Source: Candidatus Saccharimonadota bacterium (GTDB taxonomy: Bacteria; Patescibacteriota; Saccharimonadia; Saccharimonadales; Saccharimonadaceae). Taken from it: DNA of 64,000 nt. The DNA is taken from the NCBI GenBank assembly GCA_017433855.1, contig JAFRGM010000004.1, positions 18,025-82,024 on the forward strand, given 5' to 3'. Below, one piece after another: positions 10,305 to 20,500 of this stretch; the first letter of the stretch is position 1; each line of letters starts with the position of its first letter. The notes beneath the pieces are model-generated. The model was not told where the DNA came from, did no database searches, and saw only the letters and a program-made list of their open reading frames with translations. The translations under genes and the position numbers were made by a program.

Positions 10305-11729
10305 ATGGATTTAGAAAAACGTGCTCGGCGCCAGAGTTTGCGCGTAATTGTATCGGAAACCATTATGGTATTGTCGGTTATTACAATGGTGGCTGTGCTT
10401 GCATTAATTGTGTCTGGCTACTGGCTTAATTCAGACTTCGAGGTGGAGCGTCAAGGTATGCTTCAGATTGGCTCTACTCCCACTGGCGCCAGCGTAGAGG
10501 TAGATGGTAGTGCTCCATGGTATCAGCGCACTAACACGTCTAAGGTATTGTCAGCCGGCGAGCATAAAATCGTCCTCACCCGAGACGGTTATGATTCTTG
10601 GGCTAAAACTGTAACGATTAGAGAAGGATTATTATACCGACTCAATTACCCACGGCTGTTCTTGACGGAGCGCGAATTGGAAACCGTCCTTGATGCCACC
10701 ACGGCTACTTTTGCTACCGTATCAAAAGATCACAATACCATGCTACTTGCAGACAATACTACCATGTGGCGGCTCTTAAGGCTCAACGAAAACACTGTTT
10801 CAACTAAAACTCTTGATATTGCCCCCTTCTTCTCATCTGTCAGTATTGCTAGCACCGCCTCCACCGGACTCTTTACTGGCAAAATTATTAATGCGACCTG
10901 GAGTGGCGATAATAACCACGTTTTAATTCAGGCTACTACTAACGATTCTGTAGAATGGGTACTACTCGACATCCGCAATCCAGAACGCAGCATCAATTTA
11001 TCACGTCAGTTCGCCGCTGATTTTACCGATATGCGCATTTTTGACAGCTCCGCCAGCACTCTGCTTACCCTAAGAAATGGTAATCTGCATAAAATAGACG
11101 TCGCTAGTCGCCAGATTTCCGCCATTCTCGCCGAGGCCGTTTTGAATTACAATTATTATGACCAAGAAATTATCTATACAACCCCCACAAGCATCAGTAT
11201 CCTAAAGAATCCAGATTCTACACCAATTGTATATCGTGAACTTGCCACCGAAGACCCCATCACTGGGGAGACAAGCACCACTACTGAGTTCACGCCGGTA
11301 GCCTTCATTAGTCGTTTCTATGACGATAAATACATTACTATCGTCACTGGCGACAATATTACTGTTTATAATTATGATGACGAAACCGAAGTCTTCAATC
11401 AAAACATTGCTTTTATTCCCGAGAATATTCGCTTGGGGCAAAGGGGTGACTACCTTTTTCTCAATTTGGATACCGCGGCTGCAACTCTCGATATGGAGTC
11501 GCTCACAGTTAAAAATTGGGCACTCACCACATCAGATTTTGGGTGGCTAGATAATAATATGCTCTACGAAGTAGCGGGTGGTACGCTATCAGTCTACGAT
11601 TACGATGGTCTTAACCACCGCACGCTTTCCAAAAACGTCTCCGCACATTTCCCTGTTGTTATCACCAATAATAAATGGATGTATTATTTCTCAGACGGCA
11701 ATCTTGTCCGCGAGATTATTGCAAAATAA
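10305..11729 (+). CDS. PEGA domain-containing protein
   Basis: TM then GMLQIGSTPTGASVEVDG...GEHKIVLTRDGYDSW. Confidence 0.8.
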   Translation: MDLEKRARRQSLRVIVSETIMVLSVITMVAVLALIVSGYWLNSDFEVERQGMLQIGSTPTGASVEVDGSAPWYQRTNTSKVLSAGEHKIVLTRDGYDSWAKTVTIREGLLYRLNYPRLFLTERELETVLDATTATFATVSKDHNTMLLADNTTMWRLLRLNENTVSTKTLDIAPFFSSVSIASTASTGLFTGKIINATWSGDNNHVLIQATTNDSVEWVLLDIRNPERSINLSRQFAADFTDMRIFDSSASTLLTLRNGNLHKIDVASRQISAILAEAVLNYNYYDQEIIYTTPTSISILKNPDSTPIVYRELATEDPITGETSTTTEFTPVAFISRFYDDKYITIVTGDNITVYNYDDETEVFNQNIAFIPENIRLGQRGDYLFLNLDTAAATLDMESLTVKNWALTTSDFGWLDNNMLYEVAGGTLSVYDYDGLNHRTLSKNVSAHFPVVITNNKWMYYFSDGNLVREIIAK

Positions 11730-11732
11730 GTT

Positions 11733-12923
11733 TTATTGCCCAGTTAGCCAGTTCCAAATCCCCTCAAAGAACGAAGGCTCATTAGATGGCATTGCAAGGC
11801 CATCGTCTGTTACTGGAGTGGCCTCATCAGCTTCCTGCTCCGCTTCGGCTGATTCGTCATATGCCGGAGAGATTTGCTCGGCCGTCACCAGTAGACGGTA
11901 GCGTGACGTGCCAAGCGGTGTACAGGTTACCAAAGTCAAAATCGGCCGGTCGGTTGGCGCGGTTAAGGCCGCTACATTAGTCGGCTCAACCACCTCTTTT
12001 TTGGTTACGCTATAAGTATAGCGCTTGGATTCATAATTTACATAGATTAAATCGCCAGTATCTAGCCGCTCCAATCCAGAAAAGATATATTTATATGGAT
12101 TTGAGCTGTAAATATCTCCAGCTGAATGGCCGGTAATCACAAAATTGCCAACTTCGCCAGGATAGGCGCTGGCACCACTAATGCGGTAGTGCGCCACGCC
12201 ATTATTCATGGCCGTCATCACATCTTTTAGTGGCACCTCAAAACGTATAGGCACATCTATATTTAATTTTGGAATTATCAGCCTTGGGTCTGCGGATACG
12301 GTCTGTGTAATGACTGGATCTAAGGCCTCGATATCGGAAACCGGCGCATTACCAGGTGATACATAGGCCATAATTGGCGCAAAAATCAAACGATTATATT
12401 GCATAAATAAAATCAACCCCGCCACTGCCAACCCAGCCAAGATCGGAATAAACCTACGCATCCGACGGGATTTTTTGGCACTATCAGTGGCGCGGCGCCG
12501 GATTGTCCTTCGTAAAATATCTTCCGAATCCTGTTCGCTCGCATTCAGACTTAACCCTTCCTTGCCGCGTCCGCGACCACCAGCCTTGGCAAGTGCAAAA
12601 ATAATGTCTTCATCTTCGGCCTTTTCGCGGGCATCTTTTAGGCGTTCCTTGGCTATATACTGTTTTGCAGCATTAGAATAATAGTCGCTGTAGTATTTTT
12701 GGTAATAATTCTGCCAAGCCGAATGGTATTTTTTCCACGACTCGGAGTCTAACTTTGTATTAAACGGTTGATCTTTGAGATGTGTATTACTAGAGGTGGC
12801 ATTAGAGGTTTCAGCCTTTTTTGCGGCATCAGCATAAGCGGCGAGCACCTTGCGTCTTGCTATTTGTGCCGCAGCTTGCCGCTGTAAATCACTAGAAAAC
12901 TGCCCACCATTCTTTGAATCCAT
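11733..12923 (-). CDS. Sortase with long N-terminal extension
   Basis: LIIPKLNID, ITGHS, LTLVTCTPLGTSRYR catalytic motif. Confidence 0.92.
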   Translation of the reverse strand: MDSKNGGQFSSDLQRQAAAQIARRKVLAAYADAAKKAETSNATSSNTHLKDQPFNTKLDSESWKKYHSAWQNYYQKYYSDYYSNAAKQYIAKERLKDAREKAEDEDIIFALAKAGGRGRGKEGLSLNASEQDSEDILRRTIRRRATDSAKKSRRMRRFIPILAGLAVAGLILFMQYNRLIFAPIMAYVSPGNAPVSDIEALDPVITQTVSADPRLIIPKLNIDVPIRFEVPLKDVMTAMNNGVAHYRISGASAYPGEVGNFVITGHSAGDIYSSNPYKYIFSGLERLDTGDLIYVNYESKRYTYSVTKKEVVEPTNVAALTAPTDRPILTLVTCTPLGTSRYRLLVTAEQISPAYDESAEAEQEADEATPVTDDGLAMPSNEPSFFEGIWNWLTGQ

Positions 12924-13003
12924 ATTAAAATTATAGCATAATTTCAGGAAATATGATACAATTATACCAGGAGCCAGTAAACCCCCCTTTAGTGGCTCCT
13001 AAT

Positions 13004-13090
13004 GGGCGAATGGCGGAACTGGTAGACGCGATAGACTCAAAATCTGTTGGCCGCAAGGTCGTGAGGGTTCAAGTCCCTCTTTGCCCACCA
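13004..13090 (+). tRNA. tRNA-Leu(CAA)
   Basis: GGGCGAA...CT-CAA-AA anticodon loop, long variable arm, GGTTCAAGTCC, CCA end. Confidence 0.95.
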
Positions 13091-13198
13091 AACCACTAGG
13101 TGCACACAGTTGCAGGGAGTCGCGAGACTTCTTTTTTTAAGCTCCATTTCAGCAAGCTGCGTGATAATGTTAATACAACATTAAAAGGAGTTTTAAAA

Positions 13199-13531
13199 AT
13201 GACTAACAACATCAACAATGACGAGAAAAAGAAAAAACTTTTCTCAAAAGACAGAATTGTCGCTGGCTCCTTGGGGCTGTTTTTAGGGGCGCTCTTGACG
13301 GCTGGTGCATTCGTGGCATATATCAACATCGCTGGTCTAAGCACGTCCAGCGGCGAGCAGTCTATGCAAAACCCAAATGGCACACCGCCAGAAATGCCAA
13401 GCGGTATGCCAAATGGTATGCCAAGTGGCGAACGTCCGAGCGGTACTCCACCAGAATTGCCAGACGGTGAAACCCCTGATGGTGAAACCCCACCAGAATT
13501 ACCGGACGACGAAACACCATCAGAGTCATAG
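13199..13531 (+). CDS. Small membrane protein with Pro-rich TPPE/MPSG repeats
   Basis: AAGGAG RBS before ATG 13199; TM; repeated GTPPE(M/L)P. Confidence 0.7.
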   Translation: MTNNINNDEKKKKLFSKDRIVAGSLGLFLGALLTAGAFVAYINIAGLSTSSGEQSMQNPNGTPPEMPSGMPNGMPSGERPSGTPPELPDGETPDGETPPELPDDETPSES

Positions 13532-13568
13532 GATGGTGAAACTTCGCCAGACATGATATAATAAACCC

Positions 13569-14873
13569 ATGAAGATTGCGATTTTTTCTGATTGTTATCT
13601 TGATCTTACTGGCGGTATTGTCACCACTATCAATGCCGAAAAAGCCGAGCTAGAGCGTCGCGGCCACACTGTGTACGTTTTCTCTAGCGCCTATCCTCGT
13701 TCTAGCGCGGCCAAGGCAAAGCTGGCAAAGTCTCATATCTTTCCAGTTCCTACCTGTCGGCTATTTGGTCGCGGCGCTACACCCATTGCGCGGCGCCCCA
13801 AAATCATAGAAAAATGGCTACTCAGCAGTCACCCAGAGCTAAAAGAGTTCGATATTTTTTATGTTCACTACGAAGCAGGCTGTTCTATTGCCGGGATTCG
13901 TTTGGCGCGAGCGCTCAAGATTCCGTCAATCCAGGTTATGCATGGCCGCGAGGATATGGGCGAAGCTCTAATCATCCCGCCCGGCCTCCGCACTTTTGTC
14001 GCACTGGTACTTAATTGGTTCCACTCTTGGTATCTACCGCATCCAGTCAAGGTAAAAAAAGACAATTACCTTGCGCCCACGGTGGCGCGCGCTAAGATGT
14101 GGGAGCTAATGGTTAATCATGCCAACGCGGCGGACTTCGTTATTACGCCCTCAGATTATTTTCGTGAGATGCTTTTACATTACGGCCTTAGTCGTCCTAA
14201 TACTGCCCTACATCACGGCGTCAGCAATGCTTTGGTGGATTTTCCAGCCACAACTAAGGACTATCACCAAGGCGAAACTCTTGAAATTATTTGGCACTCT
14301 AGACTCTCTCCCGAAAAGCGCATCATGCCATTTTTGGAAGCACTCACTATTTTACAATCTACAGATAAGCCGCAAACTCTTGCTAGAGCCACCGCTAGAA
14401 TGCGCTATCTCAAAAATCGCACCAAACCTGCGCCTAAGTATCACGTTTCCATTTTTGGCGACGGGCCAGAAATCGTCAGTGCTAAATCTTATGCTAAATT
14501 GCACCGGCTAAATGTTACTTTTCATGGTGCCACAAAATTTGACCAAATCTGGGAGCAACTTCAGGTTTCGCATCTAGACGTGCTAGCCTCGTATGATTAT
14601 GACACATTTGGCATGTCCCTCATCGAGGCCGAAGCCGCCGGCGTGCCGGCACTTATCACCGATCCGGATCTCGAAGAAATCATCCCGCCCGGCAGCTATC
14701 TTCTTACTAAATCCCCATCGCCACGCGCTATTGCGGCGGGTATTAATCATTTGCTGGCTCATCCTGCAGAAATTGCCAGCATGAGCCAGGTTATGCTTAG
14801 GAACCGGCACGAACTAAAAATCTCCGTCAAAATAGATAAACTAGAAAGGATTATGCATGAGATACTTGGCTGA
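13569..14873 (+). CDS. Glycosyltransferase family 4 (glycolipid synthase-like)
   Basis: MKIAIFSD.Y...GG; DTFGMSLIEA.AAGVP. Confidence 0.88.
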   Translation: MKIAIFSDCYLDLTGGIVTTINAEKAELERRGHTVYVFSSAYPRSSAAKAKLAKSHIFPVPTCRLFGRGATPIARRPKIIEKWLLSSHPELKEFDIFYVHYEAGCSIAGIRLARALKIPSIQVMHGREDMGEALIIPPGLRTFVALVLNWFHSWYLPHPVKVKKDNYLAPTVARAKMWELMVNHANAADFVITPSDYFREMLLHYGLSRPNTALHHGVSNALVDFPATTKDYHQGETLEIIWHSRLSPEKRIMPFLEALTILQSTDKPQTLARATARMRYLKNRTKPAPKYHVSIFGDGPEIVSAKSYAKLHRLNVTFHGATKFDQIWEQLQVSHLDVLASYDYDTFGMSLIEAEAAGVPALITDPDLEEIIPPGSYLLTKSPSPRAIAAGINHLLAHPAEIASMSQVMLRNRHELKISVKIDKLERIMHEILG

Positions 14874-15486
14874 CATTTTAACTTTATTGCGAGGTATTTT
14901 TTGCATTGTGCTAATAGTGTTGAGTCTAACTAACGGTTCCGTCGCTGCGGCATTTTTAGCTTTTGTGCTCGGCGAGTTAACCGATGCCCTGGACGGCACC
15001 TGCGCCGCCAAGTGGCCGTTCCCCAAAAATAAAACCCCAAAATACCGCAAATATGCAGCTAAGTACGATATGGTTATAGATACTGCGCTCGCACTCAGTA
15101 TGGGGCTGTTCTTTACCCTCAGAGTTACCCTGGTAGGTGGTCTTACGATGGCGATAGGTTATACTGCCATAGCAACTGTTGTGGACTTAGTAGTCTACGG
15201 TAAACTATTCGGTCATCCAGACGACGCAAGGCCAGGCTCACTAGCCCTGCGCAATTTTCCACTCGCCAAAAAAATCATTTTGGCGCGCCGTCGCCTCTAC
15301 CTTTCCCTCATCTTTATTGCAGCAGTCTGGACACTCTACGCCTCGGAATGGCCACTTGCCGTTAAACACATTATCATGGCGCTCGGCTGCGCGGGCTCGC
15401 TGTTCTTTTGGTTCTTTTTGGCTCAACGTCGCCACAATATCTCGCGCGACGCTGTAGCTATAGAGAAAAAGCTAGAAAAAAAATAG
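14857..15486 (+). CDS. CDP-alcohol phosphatidyltransferase family protein
   Basis: ADILTLLR; TDALDG..A...YD...D motif; multiple TMs. Confidence 0.75.
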   Translation: MRYLADILTLLRGIFCIVLIVLSLTNGSVAAAFLAFVLGELTDALDGTCAAKWPFPKNKTPKYRKYAAKYDMVIDTALALSMGLFFTLRVTLVGGLTMAIGYTAIATVVDLVVYGKLFGHPDDARPGSLALRNFPLAKKIILARRRLYLSLIFIAAVWTLYASEWPLAVKHIIMALGCAGSLFFWFFLAQRRHNISRDAVAIEKKLEKK

Positions 15487-15498
15487 CCCTATCCTTAT

Positions 15499-15527
15499 AT
15501 TATATCACACATTATTAAAAATGTCAA
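15499..15527 (-). promoter_or_regulatory. Consensus sigma70 promoter pointing antisense into upstream operon
   Basis: TTGACA-17-TATAAT with TG extension on - strand; no credible downstream gene. Confidence 0.55.
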
Positions 15528-15535
15528 TATCAAGG

Positions 15536-16321
15536 CTATTTTTCTAGTAAGGCGCAGGCGGTAGACTCTATAAATCTTGCTGGGTTATACAGATTAAGCG
15601 CGGCAATTTTGGCCGCCAAAGTCCCATCCCAAAAAGAAAGTGGCGTGTAGGGGGTATTCTCTAGTGGCACAATTGTCACTAGACCATCCTTTGCAATTAA
15701 AACTTGTCCGTTATGGAGTGTTACTATTTGTACTGGATAACTCAGTGTAAATTTGTGCAGCACCTCTGTTACCTGTACCAGCGATTGAGACAAAAGTAGC
15801 ATTTTAGGGTAAAAAATTGCCCTTAAGAGTTTTTGTAGCTGCGCCATAGTGGCAAGCATCATAACGTGCTCATTCATCAGCCAGCCACCTGCCTCTGGTG
15901 TAGCAACCAAATCTACAGTATCACGCGTTAAAATCACTGGTTTCTCGGCGAGTTTTAGGGTATCGGTAATCGCCTGCCCGGTGATAGAATTACGCGAAAA
16001 ATCGCCAACCAGCAGGTTGAAATCCGTATTTTTACAGGCTGCACTGATTTCTGCACCATCCGCAAATGAGCCAGATTCGGTAGATTTCAACAGAACCATA
16101 TTTGGCAAATCTGGCAGTTTGCCCCTTAGGGCATTCGGCAAAATCATCCGCGCTTCCATAATAGGATATTCCCGCAGCAAGAACTCCGCCACCTTTACAG
16201 AGGTACGAAAACTTTGAGCGTTTCCGCCCACCACCCCAATTATGCCTCTTTTTTGCTCTGGAATGTTCCATAAGAGGTTGGCATACGGGTTAGTTGAGAG
16301 TTTCTGTGTATAATTATCCAT
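15536..16321 (-). CDS. NnrD/YjeF-C-like carbohydrate kinase family protein (divergent)
   Basis: GIIGVVGG, ribokinase-like layout; TAATG overlap with xth stop supports start 16321. Confidence 0.6.
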   Translation of the reverse strand: MDNYTQKLSTNPYANLLWNIPEQKRGIIGVVGGNAQSFRTSVKVAEFLLREYPIMEARMILPNALRGKLPDLPNMVLLKSTESGSFADGAEISAACKNTDFNLLVGDFSRNSITGQAITDTLKLAEKPVILTRDTVDLVATPEAGGWLMNEHVMMLATMAQLQKLLRAIFYPKMLLLSQSLVQVTEVLHKFTLSYPVQIVTLHNGQVLIAKDGLVTIVPLENTPYTPLSFWDGTLAAKIAALNLYNPARFIESTACALLEK

Positions 16322-17100
16322 TATCTCCCCAATGTAATAGAAATCGGGCAATGATCCGACCCAGATACTTTTTCATAGATTTCGGCATCCTTTAGTCTTG
16401 GCATGAGGCTTTTTGAAATGAAAAAATAATCAATTCGCCACCCTACGTTGTTTTGACGTGCCTGCCCCCAGTGACTCCACCAAGTGTACCTCTGTTCGGT
16501 AGGATGCAATTTCCTAAATGTATCTACGAAAGAAGCGCCGAGCAAATTGCCGATCCCCTGCCGTTCCTCATCTGTAAAGCCCGCATTGTGGTGGTTTTGT
16601 TTCGGCCTGGCTAGGTCAATTTCACTATAGGCGGCGTTAAAATCGCCGCACACTACTACTGGCTTAGATTTTTCTAGCTCAATTAACATCGTCAAAAACC
16701 CCGGATCCCACTTATTATGACGTAGTTTTAGGCGCGATAAATCTGGCTTAGAATTTGGGACATAGACATTAACCAAATAAAAATCACTATACTCGGCTAC
16801 AATTACACGTCCTTCGGCATTTGGGTTGCCGTATTGGTCGGCTTCCACCAATTCGTAATCGGTGCGCACATTTAGGGGTTTTAGCTTGGTAAAAATCGCC
16901 GTCCCAGAGTATCCTGGCCGCTCCGCTGAGTTCCAAATCTCCTCATACTCTGGCAAATCTATCTTGGCCTGACCGGGTTTCATTTTAATCTCTTGCAAGC
17001 ACAAAATATCCGGCTGATACTCGGCAATAAAACTTTGCAGGGCGCCTTTACTAAGAACCGACCTCAGCCCATTTACGTTCCAAGAGAAAATACTAAGCAT
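16321..17100 (-). CDS. xth: Exodeoxyribonuclease III
   Basis: SWNVNGLR, LQEIK, GDFN, GWRIDY, SDHCP; start corrected to MLSIFSWN. Confidence 0.95.
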   Translation of the reverse strand: MLSIFSWNVNGLRSVLSKGALQSFIAEYQPDILCLQEIKMKPGQAKIDLPEYEEIWNSAERPGYSGTAIFTKLKPLNVRTDYELVEADQYGNPNAEGRVIVAEYSDFYLVNVYVPNSKPDLSRLKLRHNKWDPGFLTMLIELEKSKPVVVCGDFNAAYSEIDLARPKQNHHNAGFTDEERQGIGNLLGASFVDTFRKLHPTEQRYTWWSHWGQARQNNVGWRIDYFFISKSLMPRLKDAEIYEKVSGSDHCPISITLGR

Positions 17101-17509
17101 ATCTGCCTCGTTCAATATCACGCTTTTTGATACTCTCACGCTTATCGTATTTCTTCTTGCCTTTACCCACGGCAATCACCAGTTTAATATGTCTAGTGCC
17201 ACCCAATAATTTTACCGGTACAATGGTGGACCCGGCTACTTTTTCACGTTCAAGCGCCGCAATTTGCTTGCGCGTGGCCAGCAGTTTAATGTTGCGGGCA
17301 GTTTCTGCGCCTAGCGTCAAGTTGTTTAGCCATAATTCACCCATTCTAATCGTAACAAAAGAACCTTTGAGTTGCACATGGTGGTCCCTTATGGCGCGCA
17401 CTTCGGGGCCAGACAAAACCATACCGCACGTCAACTCCTCGCCTAGCGTGTAGTCAAAATGCGCTTTGCGGTTAACGGTTACCATATCTGGAGTGCGTTT
17501 TTTCTTCAT
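17093..17509 (-). CDS. smpB: SsrA-binding protein
   Basis: NRKAHFDY, G.VL.GPEV, GKKKYDKRE. Confidence 0.95.
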   Translation of the reverse strand: MKKKRTPDMVTVNRKAHFDYTLGEELTCGMVLSGPEVRAIRDHHVQLKGSFVTIRMGELWLNNLTLGAETARNIKLLATRKQIAALEREKVAGSTIVPVKLLGGTRHIKLVIAVGKGKKKYDKRESIKKRDIERGRYA

Positions 17510-17516
17510 GGGGTAA

Positions 17517-20500
17517 TTATACCACCTTTACGCTGTCAGTGCCAACTAGCTCTCGCAGATTCTCTAGTAGTGCGTCAGAAATTTCTACCTTAAATGGCAT
17601 CCTTAAAGGCCGTTTTGTTTCACCGTCCCTTAGCACCAAGACCACCTCTGTAAAGCCCAAATTAATATCCGCAAGACGTCGTATGGCAGATAGAGTTTCG
17701 GTATCCTCGGGGTTTTCAATCAAAATATACAACTTTTCCTTGCGTGGATCTTTTGGCGGTGCTGCTAGTACACGCGGCGCATCTATGGTCTTTGGGCCTT
17801 CGCTATGTGGAGCCTTGCGATACACGCGCTCCGCGGAGCTCTTAGATGTGCTGCTGCGACGAAAAGTTTTCTCAGGGGCTTTGGCCGGAGCGGCCAATTT
17901 GGTGCCAGTCGGTTGATATGACTCCAAGACATCATCAGATACTAATTCTACCACTTCCGCTAGAACCTTAGCTTCAGAGGTGAGGTTGCCATCTTTGTCT
18001 GCTGCGTTAATTTTGCCCTGCACACGCACCACGTTATCTACTTCGAGCTTAGCTCCGTGTTCCGCAAATACTGATGGGAATACAATAAACTCAGTTTCTG
18101 CCGACTTATTTTCAAGTTTGATGAAGGCCATTTTGTCGCCTTTTTTGGTCAAAATCGTCCGCACCGCTGTAATGATGCCACCAATCGTAATCACTCGGCC
18201 GTTATTCTCTGGCGTAATTAGCTCCATTGGGTGAGTTTGTTCATCGAAATACGTATCGTATTTATCGAGCGGGTGCGCAGAAAGATAAAGTCCCATTAAG
18301 TCTCGCTCCCACAACAACTGTTCCTTTTCTGGGAACTGCGAAGGCGCTGGCTTAATTTCTACTTCTGGTATTTTGCCAGCCTCACCCATCATGCCAAATA
18401 AATCAGTCTGCCCAGAGCCTACGTCCTTTTGGCATTTTGCCCCGTAAGCCTGAATCGCCTCTAGGTTAAACAATAAATCACTTCGCGAATAGCCAAAACT
18501 ATCAAACGCACCAGTCTTGATGGCTGCTTCCCATGATTTTTTATTAAACTTAGTAGAGTCTACACGTTTCGCAAAATCACAAATCGACTTAAACGGCCCA
18601 TTTTTATCACGTTCTGGAATAACATACTCTTCTACTAGCGCCTTACCCATGCTCTTAATTCCGGACAGCCCAAAACGAATGGTATTTTCGCCGCCTACGA
18701 TACCAAAATCACCGTAAGACTGATTGATGTCCGGCCCTAGCACCTTAATGCCCATGCGTTTACATTCGGCAATTTCAATCGCTAGGCGGTCTGTCCAGCG
18801 CATATCAGCAGTCATCAGCGCCGCCATAAAAGCATCCGGATAATGTGCCTTAAGATAGGCTGTCCAGTAGGCTACAAGCGCATAACATGCGGCGTGCGAC
18901 TTATTAAAACAGTAGTTTGCAAAGTCCAAAAGCTGCGCCCAAAAAGTTTCGGCAATCTCTTCAGTGGCTCCGCCAATTTTTACTGCCCCCTCAATAAACT
19001 GCGGCTTGACCTTCTTCATCATGTCAATTTTCTTTTTACCCACGGCCTTACGCAGTGTATCTGCCTGGCCACCAGTAAATCCACACCACTCCTTAGAAAT
19101 CTGCATGAACTGCTCTTGATAAATCATAATACCGTAAGTATTCTTGAGTGAATTCTCAAGCCCAGGATGCAAATAAGTAATAGGTTCCTCGCCATGTTTA
19201 CGTTTAATAAACGAGTCGATAAACTGCATTGGGCCAGGCCGGTATAGCGCCACCATAGCGATAATATCTTCAAAAGTAGAAGCCTTCAAATCGCGCAGAT
19301 AGCGTTTCATGCCGGCAGATTCCAGCTGAAATACGCCAGTCGTTTCGGCTCGTTGCAAAAGTTCGTAGGTTTTTTCGTCGTCTAGCGGCACCGAATACAT
19401 ATCTAAGTCGTTGTGATACACTTTACGAATCATTCTTAGTGCGTTGTTAATCACAGACAAGTTGGACAGCCCCAAAAAGTCCATTTTAAGCAACCCAATC
19501 TCCTCCACCTGCCCCATTGGAAATTGTGCGGCGCTAGGCCCTTTTGCAGAAACTTCAAGCGGCAAAAACTTCACCAAATCATCTGGTGCAATAATTACGC
19601 CGCAGGCGTGCACACCATGGTTACGAATCGTCCCCTCTAGCCGTGAAGCAAAATCAATCACCTCGTGCGCGGTTGGATTAGTTTCATATTCGTGTTTCAA
19701 ATCGGGTACATCTTTGATGGCGTCTGATAGCTTGACGTGATGCCCCATCACTGGATCCGGAACCATTTTTGCGAGCTTGTCTGCTTCGGCGTATGGTACT
19801 TCAAGCACGCGCGCCACATCGCGCACGGCGTTTTTTGCCATCATTTTACCAAAGGTTGCAATGTTGGACACTCTACCGTAACCATATTTGCGCGAACAGT
19901 ATTCAATCACCTCATCGCGCCTTGTATCCTGGATGTCTGTATCAATATCTGGCATAGAAATACGGTCTGGGTTCAAGAAACGCTCGAAGAGCAAATCATA
20001 TTTCAGTGGGTCAAGCTCGGTAATACGGAGTGCATATGCCAAAATGGACCCTGCCGCCGAACCACGCCCTGGCCCATACACGATTCTCTGTGCTTTACCC
20101 CAGTTAATAAAGTCCTGCACGATAAGGAAATAACCATTGTAGCCCATTTTGTCCACCACGGAAAGTTCGTAGTCAATTCTTGGCAAAACCTTATGCGCTT
20201 CGTCGCGTTCTTCATCGGCTTTTTCTAGCAATTTGCGACATTCTGGCACTGATATTTCGGAGGCCTCCTTGAAAGTCTTGCCGGCATATCTGTATGCTAG
20301 CCCCTGAAAAACCAGCCTATCTAGGTAGGTTTTTTCGTCTTCATCTGTGGGAATCGGAAATTTCGGAATTAAAATTCGCCCGAGTTGCAAATCCACGTTG
20401 CAACGTTCCGCGATGCGTTTGGTGTTCAAAATCGCCTCTGGGCAAGTATCTTGCCAGTGGTCTATAATCTCCTGTGCCGGAATCACGTGCAAATCATAAT

